Virus record (IMG/VR): IMGVR_UViG_3300043777_000227
Location: 1-52,890 of that record
Source of the DNA: a virus
Lineage: Duplodnaviria > Caudoviricetes
Reading direction: 5' to 3' (one strand)
Length of the DNA stretch: 52,890 nucleotides
This document shows, in pieces, positions 28,385-36,374 of the stretch (within the stretch, counting starts at the first letter, position 1; each line of letters begins with the position of its first letter). Under the pieces are notes generated by a model. The model worked only from the letters and a program-made list of their open reading frames with translations. It was not told the DNA's origin and searched no databases. The position numbers and the translations under genes were made by a program.

Positions 28385-29112
28385 GCAAACAGTTTGGCTG
28401 CGCGTACTGCGATTTTGAAGCCGACAGTGGCGATGAAGTTTGGGACCACTTTATAGCCAAGCACAAGGATAAACGCGATGTTCTTCGCCGTCCTGCCGCC
28501 CCCAGCGGAGAGCGGCAGTGGCTCAAGAATATCAGGGATGGAATCTCCACTCCCGATGCAGCGCTAAAGGAAATGGAAGCCAATTTGTTGCGGATTTGCT
28601 CTCTGGCCGCGCCATCCCAACCAACCTCCCCGGCCCCGCAGCCGAACGTAGATAAGAAGCTCGACGCAATTGATCGTCGCAACTCAGTCGTGGATTCAAT
28701 GGTCGCGGCCCCGCAGCCATCTGCAACGGCCCGTGAAGTGGCGCACAAGATTCTTGGAAACGGTTTGACCTCGAAAGCGTATGACGACGTTGCGGTGATT
28801 ATCGAATCCTTCTCTGCCCGCGAACACGAAACCGGAGCTAACTGGATGTTAGACAATATTCGTGCAAGCGTAAGGGGCTATCCAGATCACGGCGGAGATA
28901 TCGAAGTTATGCAGCAGATTGAACGCATCATTGCCCGATCTGTGGCCGCTACGATTGCGAATATTACTGGCCGAATGATCGAGGACATTATGATTCACAA
29001 GCCGGTGTATGAGGTGGCCGACAGAGGCGATACGACAGATGACGTTGACAGCGACAAGCTAGCCGCAGAAATTCGGGCCGAACTTGCGGAGCGAGAGCGA
29101 GCCAGAAAGTGA
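28381..29112 (+). CDS. Mosaic hypothetical protein with N-terminal C2H2 Zn finger
   Basis: CAYC...HFIAKH followed by modules joined by AAPQP/AAPS linkers. Confidence 0.65.
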   Translation: MSKQFGCAYCDFEADSGDEVWDHFIAKHKDKRDVLRRPAAPSGERQWLKNIRDGISTPDAALKEMEANLLRICSLAAPSQPTSPAPQPNVDKKLDAIDRRNSVVDSMVAAPQPSATAREVAHKILGNGLTSKAYDDVAVIIESFSAREHETGANWMLDNIRASVRGYPDHGGDIEVMQQIERIIARSVAATIANITGRMIEDIMIHKPVYEVADRGDTTDDVDSDKLAAEIRAELAERERARK

Positions 29113-29591
29113 GCTATGCGAGATGAGTGTAGCGTATTTGCGGATTTACTTGGCAGTCGTTTGGGCAGCGTTGCGCGTCCCTAACCCTGCGCCCCCTAGG
29201 AGAACAATTTGGGCGTTTTAAGTGAACCACATGAAACTCCTGCTCGGCGGGCTGGCGACATGGCTCCAGAAAGCCCTTTGCTGCGCTTGGCGAGGCTCCT
29301 GGCCGGCGCAATGTGGACGCCAGTACCCAAGGACCAGACTTTTAGCCCGTGCAGGCTTCGCGTGATTGTACGCCTAGCACGCCGGCTGGTGGAACTAGCG
29401 GACCAGGAGGTGAAAGGTGCACGAAGCTAGAGAGTTTTGGGGTTTGATAAACCTGTTTGCCGCTTTCTGCTTGGTGGTAGCTTGCGTAGGCTTGGCAATT
29501 AACCAGCTGTGGATGTTTGCATTTATCTGCGCGGCGGCACTGGTAATCGCCTCAATCAATGCGTTCGTCTGCTTGAACGACTAGGAGCCGC

Positions 29592-30152
29592 ATGGCCACT
29601 AAAGTTGAGGACGTTTTCCAGTGCGACCGCTGCCAAAAGCTGGAGTACTGGTCAGAGGTGGTGGTTAGCGAGGTGAACCACGAAGGCTATTTGTGCAGGG
29701 ATTGCGGAAAATTTCCCGGAGGAGTGCCAGCACCAGTTTGCGTAAGGGATGGTGTTGATATGCAAAGGGTTATCAACTCCACCTACCAGGTTGACTCTCT
29801 AATCGGCAAATGGCGCTGCCCAGTCTGCACCGCCGAGACAATCATGGGCGTCAGGCAGGTGGAATTGCTCCAAAAGCGTGTCCGCCCAGCGGTAGACGCC
29901 CCAGACGCCTACCCTTGCCTGCCAGACGGCAAGCTGGATGGAGTAACAATTCTGCGCCGAGCCTGCCGCCATTTCCAAGAGGACGAAGCGCCCGATTGGA
30001 GGGAAGGCGAGCAAGCCGCCTATAATCAACTATTTAGGAAATGGTTCGAGCTAAGCTGCATCGCTGATGGCGAGGAAGTCTGCGACATCGCCACTTGGGA
30101 CGAGCTGGCTGGAGCTGAGGCGCACTTGAACGAGGTGATGAATGCCGACTAG
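29592..30152 (+). CDS. Multi-Zn-ribbon hypothetical protein
   Basis: AGGAG RBS; CDRC, CRDC, CPVC. Confidence 0.65.
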   Translation: MATKVEDVFQCDRCQKLEYWSEVVVSEVNHEGYLCRDCGKFPGGVPAPVCVRDGVDMQRVINSTYQVDSLIGKWRCPVCTAETIMGVRQVELLQKRVRPAVDAPDAYPCLPDGKLDGVTILRRACRHFQEDEAPDWREGEQAAYNQLFRKWFELSCIADGEEVCDIATWDELAGAEAHLNEVMNAD

Positions 30153-30257
30153 CAACATTCCCGGCAATACCCATTTCCGCTGCGTGCAGCTGCACTACGC
30201 TCCAATTGGAGCCAAAAATGAGCCAGGCTGGTAAATTATTTGCAAAAAAGGTGAAAA

Positions 30258-30641
30258 ATGTTTGATTTCCTGCTTCCCAAGCCCGGACCCAAGCTGTTAG
30301 GCCCAGCGCCCAAAGCGGCTGTGGATGACCCCCTGGCAGATAACTATTTCGCCTACTTTGTAGATGCTGGTACCAAGGTCCGGGCTGAGTGCGAATGTGG
30401 CTGCCGCTGCACCTACAGCTTGCGCTATTCGACGCTCAAGGGCATCCTGGACACCGCCCCAATGATCAATATAGCTTACCATGAGCTAGACCCTTGTGAG
30501 GCGGAAGGCGATCTCTGCAAGTACAACTGGATTGACTCAGACGCCTGCTACCGAGAGTTTATAGGCAGTTTCCAGCGCGCCAAGCGTGCTGAGAAGGAGG
30601 CCCAAGATGGAGCAAGGATCGCCACCCAGCCCGCCGTGTAG
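30258..30641 (+). CDS. Cys-rich hypothetical protein
   Basis: 127 aa, AAGGTG RBS. Confidence 0.6.
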   Translation: MFDFLLPKPGPKLLGPAPKAAVDDPLADNYFAYFVDAGTKVRAECECGCRCTYSLRYSTLKGILDTAPMINIAYHELDPCEAEGDLCKYNWIDSDACYREFIGSFQRAKRAEKEAQDGARIATQPAV

Positions 30642-30761
30642 CCCAAGGATTAGGCCAGCGGTGGACGCCGAAGAACTGGAGAACGATCTCCAGCTGCTAC
30701 CAGGCGAGTTCAACTGCCTGGCTGGCTACCGGCTCAATGGCTACGAGTTAGGAGGTGAAGG

Positions 30762-32090
30762 TTGATAACTCCAGAGGAATTTGACGCACTCCACGCTGAG
30801 CTAGCCAAAGACGCTGAGCCAGCCAAGGAAATTCCCCAGGGCGGCTGGGTTGTAACGGAAAATGGCTCATTGGGACATCGCCAGCCAGGCCAGGACACCT
30901 GGATCAGCCTGTTCTACAAGACCGTTGATGGCGCCAAGGTTCGCTCAGACTACTTCTACCCAACAAACCAACCCTGGAAGCTAGCCAAGCACCAAGGCTT
31001 TACCCTGCCAAAGTTCGCCGGCTTGTTGCCTGAGCTGTGCAAGCGGCTGAATGTCTCGGCGACTTCAGGCACTGACCCAGAAATCTTCGTCCAGGATCGC
31101 TGGGGCGACATTCTCCCGGCTTGGAGTTTCCTGCCCAACAAAGCTGAGGCGTATAAGTTGCCTCGTTGGGAAAATGAGAAGGTGTTTAGGGACTCCGGCC
31201 CGCTATCGGCAGAAGTCAAGGCCAACTCCGTAGCCTACTGGGATGGCTTTCAAGCTGAATTCTCCACGCCAGGAGTGAACTGCCTAGACATCCTCTGCGC
31301 CGAGGTGTTCCACCAGTTGAAGGCGTTGCAAGCCAAGATGCCTTTGGGCTGCAAGCTAAGCCCAGAGAGCACCCTACCAGTAACCCAGCTAGTTCTGGAC
31401 AAGGCTAGCGAGGAGCATGTCGCTCTAGGCTGCAAGCCTTCCCTGAACGCCTATGGGCACAAGGGCATTTGCGTGGAGAATTGCCGGGATTTGCGCCACC
31501 GTTTTGCTGGAGGTCACATCCATTTTGGCCTGGACGAGCAGTTCAAAGCGCCTGAGCAGCTAATTGCTGCCGTCAAGATGATAGACGCGGTGATGGGTGT
31601 AGCCTCGGTGAGCCTGCTGCCCAAGGAATCGCCAATTCGCCGCCGCTACTATGGACTGGCTGGTGAATATCGCACGCCCAGCCATGGACTAGAGTATCGA
31701 GTATTGAGCAACTACTGGCTGCGCTCACCCAAGCTATTCATGCTAACCTTTACGTTGGCCAGAGGCGCCATGCGGTTGGGCCTCAGGGATTTCCGCAAGG
31801 ATTACCAAGCTAGCGACGCCGAGGTGACTGAGTGTATCAACAACCACGATGTGGACTTGGCGTGCAAGCTGATTGATCGGAACCGGGTGATCTACGAGGC
31901 GCTATTGAATGCCTACTGTAACGCCGATGCCAGAGGCGTGGACTATACCCTGGCTATGTTCAAGGGTGGCGTGGACAATTACCTGCCCAGCCAGGATATT
32001 CCGGCGAACTGGCACCTAGACCAACCAACCTATGGATACGCCAACAAGGAGCTGAGCGGGCGATGGGGACTGCACCTAGCAAGCATCTAA
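30762..32090 (+). CDS. COOH-NH2 ligase type 2 (phiEco32-like amidoligase, glutamine-synthetase-like fold), copy 1
   Basis: GTDPEIFV, DGFQAEF, GCKP..NAY, AGGHIHFG, RRRYYGLAGEYR...GLEYRVLSNYW. Confidence 0.9.
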   Translation: MITPEEFDALHAELAKDAEPAKEIPQGGWVVTENGSLGHRQPGQDTWISLFYKTVDGAKVRSDYFYPTNQPWKLAKHQGFTLPKFAGLLPELCKRLNVSATSGTDPEIFVQDRWGDILPAWSFLPNKAEAYKLPRWENEKVFRDSGPLSAEVKANSVAYWDGFQAEFSTPGVNCLDILCAEVFHQLKALQAKMPLGCKLSPESTLPVTQLVLDKASEEHVALGCKPSLNAYGHKGICVENCRDLRHRFAGGHIHFGLDEQFKAPEQLIAAVKMIDAVMGVASVSLLPKESPIRRRYYGLAGEYRTPSHGLEYRVLSNYWLRSPKLFMLTFTLARGAMRLGLRDFRKDYQASDAEVTECINNHDVDLACKLIDRNRVIYEALLNAYCNADARGVDYTLAMFKGGVDNYLPSQDIPANWHLDQPTYGYANKELSGRWGLHLASI

Positions 32091-32353
32091 GCGCTCTGGA
32101 ACTGGACAACCTGCGCCGGCAGCGAGCACGCTGCCCAGCTTGCAATGGCACTGGCCGCCAGCCCGACCAGCTCACGCAGTCCGATGACCGCTTTTGTGAG
32201 CCATGCCACAGCTTTGGCTGGGTGCTGCCCAATGCTAATTGCGCTTGCGGGCGCTCCCCAAATATGGAGCAGGAAGGGATTTTATTTTGTGGCAGGCCAC
32301 CTTGCCTGGAGCGGCTCAAAACCGCCAAGCTAGTGGACCAATATTTGTACTGA
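32063..32353 (+). CDS. Cys-rich (DnaJ-type CxxCxGxG) hypothetical protein
   Basis: CPACNGTG, CEPCHSFG, CACG, CGRPPC. Confidence 0.55.
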   Translation: MGTAPSKHLSALELDNLRRQRARCPACNGTGRQPDQLTQSDDRFCEPCHSFGWVLPNANCACGRSPNMEQEGILFCGRPPCLERLKTAKLVDQYLY

Positions 32354-32367
32354 GTTGCCACATCGAA

Positions 32368-32714
32368 CTTGAGGAAGCATCCAGTTGTCACGCAGCCGCG
32401 CCTGAAGTCTGACAGTGGCCCTAAGGGCCTGGGGGTGAGAACTCCTCGTTTGACACGGGAACACTTTCAGGCACGGTCGGTTGGCGTAGAAGCTAGTTGC
32501 CTCTGTGCGCGACGTAAGCCTGGGTTGGGCCAGCGATAACGCTATATTCGCCTTCGGGTGGATCACTAGCGCGCTGGTATGGACCACGCCTTGCAAAAGG
32601 CGTTCAGGGCTGGGCGTCCGGTTAAACAAGTAGCTAGTCTGCGCCCGTTGACGGTGCCGAGGGAACCGGCATGGACACGGACTGGCGCTGTTTCCTCAGG
32701 AAATTTTCTGGAGG
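32368..32714 (+). ncRNA. Unidentified structured RNA A (~330-350 nt), possibly cis-regulatory for the GNAT gene
   Basis: Closing stem CTTGAGGAAGCA (32368-79)/TGTTTCCTCAGG (32689-700), CCAGT/ACTGG, GCCTGAAGT/ACTTTCAGGC, GGCGTAGA/TCTGCGCC, a C(UUCG)G hairpin at 32546-63 and a GCAA hairpin at 32586-603. No credible ORF. Confidence 0.75.
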
Positions 32715-32718
32715 TTGT

Positions 32719-33102
32719 ATGACAGGCTGCTTAGCTGAATCCTTGTATCTGCTGGAAAGCTCATTGAGAACACGCGGCTATAGTGTGTGCAGGATGAATG
32801 GACGAACCGTTCATGTTACAACTTCCCAAGGCGCCAAGTTTGATCTGTCGTTTCTGGATGGAAACCGCCGCGTATTGGTCAGCAATCATGTGTGGGTGCC
32901 GCCAGAGGATCGAGGTAGGGGTGAAGGTAGGCGCTTGCTGAATCTGCGTGAGGTGGTCGCCAGGGAAGCTGGCGTAAACCTACTAATGGCAACTGTGCAT
33001 AATACCAACAAGCCAGAAATCCATTTGCTGTCCACAAGCGGTTGGAAGCGCCTGTTGAATAGGCGTGAAACCAAAGTATCCTTGTGGATTAAAAAGCTCT
33101 AG
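32719..33102 (+). CDS. GNAT-family N-acetyltransferase
   Basis: Start reassigned to ATG 32719 (GGAGG 32710-14). VWVPPEDRGRGEGRRLL acetyl-CoA motif A; TVHNTNKPEIHLLSTSGW motif B. Confidence 0.8.
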   Translation: MTGCLAESLYLLESSLRTRGYSVCRMNGRTVHVTTSQGAKFDLSFLDGNRRVLVSNHVWVPPEDRGRGEGRRLLNLREVVAREAGVNLLMATVHNTNKPEIHLLSTSGWKRLLNRRETKVSLWIKKL

Positions 33103-33498
33103 GCGTCGTCCAGCCGGGAGTGGTTGCCGCCTACTGGCGGTGGACCTAACCGAGTGTGGGCACTAAACGCCGAAAAGCGGCGGCGAACAGCTGCCGTTGA
33201 GGGGACCGCTACGGCGGTTCGCAGCGCAAGCTGCTGGGTCGAACATCGCAAGCCAGCCTTGGCCGGTAGGGGGAGACTGGTGCGCGAGCAAAATGTTGGC
33301 AGCTTCCACAACCTGTGTGGAACCAGCTGACTAATCCCGTGGACCCGCTAGGCGAGCTTGGCCAAGGGCTGAAACCCCTTGCCCCGGCGACGACCCTAGC
33401 GACCGAGACCAAAGATAAATTTCCACGGGTTCCTAGCCGGGGATGCACCAGCGCGAAAGCGGGAGGCGCAAGCCTTGAGTGGTGCGGAGGTCCCCGGC
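33103..33498 (+). ncRNA. Unidentified structured RNA B (~400 nt)
   Basis: Hairpins C(UACG)G at 33204-19, GCAA at 33221-34, GCGA at 33281-90, GAAA at 33452-61 and GCAA at 33464-75. Long-range stems AGCTGCCG/TGGCAGCT, CCCGTGGA/TCCACGGG, CGCTAGG/CCTAGCG, GCCGGGGAT/GTCCCCGGC. Confidence 0.75.
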
Positions 33499-33519
33499 AA
33501 AGTTTCTAAGGAGACTAGC

Positions 33520-34146
33520 TTGGACCTAGTAATAACACCTAGCCGCAGGTTGATTCACCAAGCAGTCTATCCAGCTGGCCAACGCCTGCCGAAATGGCCC
33601 GACAAGCAATATGGCGGCTACCGGCCTTGGGCGCCAGTGGAAACTCGCCGGCATGGGCATGTCATACAAATCGAGCCTAACCGCTTCTCGCACCAAGACG
33701 GCTGGTTCAGCCCGCTGAAGGACAAGCAAGACTCCGGCTCGCTGTTGGAGCTAGCCGGGGGAAATTTGAAATTTGGCGATTATATCTATTGGGTAGGGCA
33801 CAAGGTCCAGCGGGCAAACTTCTCGCTGTGCCGCTGGTGCCACAAGAATTGCTTCGATTATCGAGAGCGCAAGGACCACTTCGACAAGGTGCGCACGGAA
33901 ACCTTCTCGCACGCCAAGCTGTTGGACTTCTCCGCCAAGCTGCTACGGGCTAGGGATTTGTGCGTGAGCTGTGGTTGCCACACCCGCCAGCAGAAATGGG
34001 GCGTGCCTTTGTGCCAAACGCTGAGGTGCATGGAGTACTTTATGTTCGATGTGCACATCCTGGATGGCAAGCTGGTGCAGGAGTGCCAAAACGCCGTGCT
34101 GCGCGATTTGGGACTGGCTGTGGACAAAAGGGTGGTGTGCGTATGA
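33520..34146 (+). CDS. Cys-rich hypothetical protein
   Basis: TTG start after AAGGAG (33508-13); CRWC...H, CVSCGC, CQTLRC. Confidence 0.65.
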   Translation: MDLVITPSRRLIHQAVYPAGQRLPKWPDKQYGGYRPWAPVETRRHGHVIQIEPNRFSHQDGWFSPLKDKQDSGSLLELAGGNLKFGDYIYWVGHKVQRANFSLCRWCHKNCFDYRERKDHFDKVRTETFSHAKLLDFSAKLLRARDLCVSCGCHTRQQKWGVPLCQTLRCMEYFMFDVHILDGKLVQECQNAVLRDLGLAVDKRVVCV

Positions 34147-34862
34147 AGCAATTTCACATCGAACGCTACCTAAATCCCAAATGGACTTGGCGGTTGGGCA
34201 GCAAGCCCGATCCATTTCCTGGCCAGTGGCCTACTCGCTTGTTCCTGCGCCATGACGAATCCAAGTTCCTTTATCTGGGCAAGCCCAGTATTCCCCAGGT
34301 CCAGCGCTTCAACCTCCTGGTCCAGAAACTTGGCCTGAACATCTGGGACTGTGCGGTGGAATTCGACCGAGGCGGCGCTGTCTACACCCACACCGGCCAG
34401 AAGGGCACTGCGCATACCGGCAATTTGTTCCAGCTCTACCACCATTGGAACTACCCCGATAGCTTGGCTAGGCACCTGACCATACCGCTACACTGCAAGC
34501 GGCTAGGAGGCCAGTCGGTATACTCACCGTGGCAAACCTTGCCGCCGGGCTATGACGAGGCGTTTCTCCAATGGCTGGCGGACTTTCTGGGTGGCAAGCT
34601 GAAAGCCCCAGCACCTGAGCCGTCCAAGAAAAAAGCTAACCAACTGGAAGAAATCCTAGAGCGCTATGCTCCACCGCTGAGAGCGGCGCAGGCGCGGCCA
34701 GGTGGTATATTCCAAGCCCAGTGGAACGGGCGGGAGATTTTTGGGGGTGGGGTCAATGCACAGCCGGCTCCTGAACCTCAACCAGCTCAGCAGCAAGGCC
34801 GTCGAGCGCTGCCCGATCTAGATGAATGGAATCCACCAGAAATCGTCGAGGTGCGTGATTGA
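34143..34862 (+). CDS. Hypothetical protein with Pro/Gln-rich tail
   Basis: ATGA coupling; start reassigned to 34143. Confidence 0.65.
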   Translation: MKQFHIERYLNPKWTWRLGSKPDPFPGQWPTRLFLRHDESKFLYLGKPSIPQVQRFNLLVQKLGLNIWDCAVEFDRGGAVYTHTGQKGTAHTGNLFQLYHHWNYPDSLARHLTIPLHCKRLGGQSVYSPWQTLPPGYDEAFLQWLADFLGGKLKAPAPEPSKKKANQLEEILERYAPPLRAAQARPGGIFQAQWNGREIFGGGVNAQPAPEPQPAQQQGRRALPDLDEWNPPEIVEVRD

Positions 34863-36358
34863 GCGCTTACACCGACCTCCGAGAAGATTTCCGCCAAGCG
34901 CTAGTACTAGGTGGTGTGCGACGAGACGACCACCTCAGCGCCCACTGGCGTGAGCAGCTGCCTAGCCACATCCGAGAGGTCTGGCTCCGGCGCTACTACC
35001 GCCCAGTAGAAAATCCTCTAGCACCCCTGGGCCAGTACGTCAACCATTTCCTGGTGGGTGCTGACCCAGAGTTTAGCCTGGGCATGGATGGTGGGTTGGA
35101 GGACGCCTGCAATCTCAATCTGAAAGCTGGGCTGGCTTGGGGCGCAGATAACAATGGCCGCCTAGCTGAGCTGCGCCCCGTACCCAGCAGGAGCTGCCTA
35201 AGGGTGGTTGCTAGCATAGGCGCTGAGCTGCGCTGGATGTCCTGGTTGCACAAAGGATTGATGAACTACCAGTGGAAATCTGGCGCCTGGACTGGGCGAG
35301 ACGGGCTAGGCGGCCATGTACACTTCGGTCGCAAGAAGAAAACCCTCACCCCCGCAGAAACTGCCGCCTTGGACACTCTCTGCTTCTGGCTGTACCAATC
35401 GGGGATTTTCAACTACGCTGAAGGCAAGGAGCGCTACCAGCGCACTCGCGGGCATGGAGGCTATGGACGCCCAGGGGACATTCGCTGGCAGCTCCACGGA
35501 TGGGAGTACCGAACGCTGCCTAGCTGGCTGGACAGCCCGTGGCTAGCTTATTTCAGCTTGACGCTGAGCAAGCTGGCGGTGTTTGACCCGCAGCTATTGC
35601 CCCGTTTGCACAAGAATCTGGAGTTGGAGTCGCCTTCGCGCATCAAGGACCACCTCTCAGCGCTGCTAGCCTATTACCAGCATCGAGACGACGACGCTGC
35701 CTTGGCTTATGCAATCCTGGTGAGGAGGGATTTCCCGAAGTATGACCCCAGCGATTTCAAGCCGCGCTGGGGCATCTTCGCACCACCGTTGCTAGTACCT
35801 CTAGTTCACATCATCCCTAATAGCGTGGAACCAGCGGAGGTGGAAGTGCGAGAAATGGCCCAAGCCCTGCTAGCCGGCCGTCCACCAGAGCCAGTAAACT
35901 CTCAGCCTACCTGGCATCCGCATCTTCTACCAGTAAACTATGTATATCTCCCGGATATGGTGCAAACGCGCCATGCCCCTGGGCTAGGTGAGCTGATGGT
36001 TGGACTCTGCACCTACGGGGAGGGTGTGCAGGTCCGCTCGCTAGGCGAGCGCCAATCAAGTATCTATATAGGCCAGGATTGGGCAAGGTATCTATCTCGA
36101 AAGCACTGGCAAGAGCTAAAGCTGCGCTTCCCCGACATCAAGTTCTCCCAAGACGAGTCAAATCGCCTGACCTTTACCACAGGCATTGACTACAAGCGCT
36201 ATGGCCGGGAGCTAAAGCGCTGGCTCTGGGAAGGCCAGTTGCCAATCTGGCGCGTCGAGGATGTGCAAGCTGGTAGCTATACCCAATGGCAAGCCTCCAG
36301 AAAGATTCCTGAGGCGCCTAAGGCTAAGCCAGCTGGAAAGTATTCTATCCAACTATGA
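34859..36358 (+). CDS. COOH-NH2 ligase type 2, copy 2 (with C-terminal extension)
   Basis: VGADPEF, GADNNGRLAELRP.PS, LGGHVHFG, GYGRPGDIR...GWEYRTLPSWL.SP. Confidence 0.88.
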   Translation: MSAYTDLREDFRQALVLGGVRRDDHLSAHWREQLPSHIREVWLRRYYRPVENPLAPLGQYVNHFLVGADPEFSLGMDGGLEDACNLNLKAGLAWGADNNGRLAELRPVPSRSCLRVVASIGAELRWMSWLHKGLMNYQWKSGAWTGRDGLGGHVHFGRKKKTLTPAETAALDTLCFWLYQSGIFNYAEGKERYQRTRGHGGYGRPGDIRWQLHGWEYRTLPSWLDSPWLAYFSLTLSKLAVFDPQLLPRLHKNLELESPSRIKDHLSALLAYYQHRDDDAALAYAILVRRDFPKYDPSDFKPRWGIFAPPLLVPLVHIIPNSVEPAEVEVREMAQALLAGRPPEPVNSQPTWHPHLLPVNYVYLPDMVQTRHAPGLGELMVGLCTYGEGVQVRSLGERQSSIYIGQDWARYLSRKHWQELKLRFPDIKFSQDESNRLTFTTGIDYKRYGRELKRWLWEGQLPIWRVEDVQAGSYTQWQASRKIPEAPKAKPAGKYSIQL

Positions 36359-36374
36359 AAGGTGGTGGTGAACG

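Noticed and set aside
32371-32382. GAGGAAGCATCC resembling the RNase P GAGGAAAGUCC motif
   Set aside because: The match is partial, the complementary 3' P4 consensus is absent, and the segment pairs instead with 32681-32700.
33435-33500. AGCCGG...CCGGC stem as group II intron domain V, or RNAs A and B as halves of an intron around the GNAT
   Set aside because: The stem is a branched junction rather than the ~34-nt D5 hairpin with an AC bulge. RNA A closes on itself, the flanking genes look intact and there is no RT/maturase.
32330-33509. Track ORFs 32330-32629(-), 33124-33330(+), 33209-33448(-), 33315-33509(+) and the 32671 start for the GNAT
   Set aside because: They lack an RBS or protein-like composition, and the region is better explained by RNA structure. 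The GNAT has a good SD at 32710-14 for ATG 32719.
22304-33520. tRNA genes or a CRISPR array in the intergenic stretches
   Set aside because: No cloverleaf with a T-arm GTTCRA plus acceptor stem, and no regularly spaced direct repeats, were found by eye.
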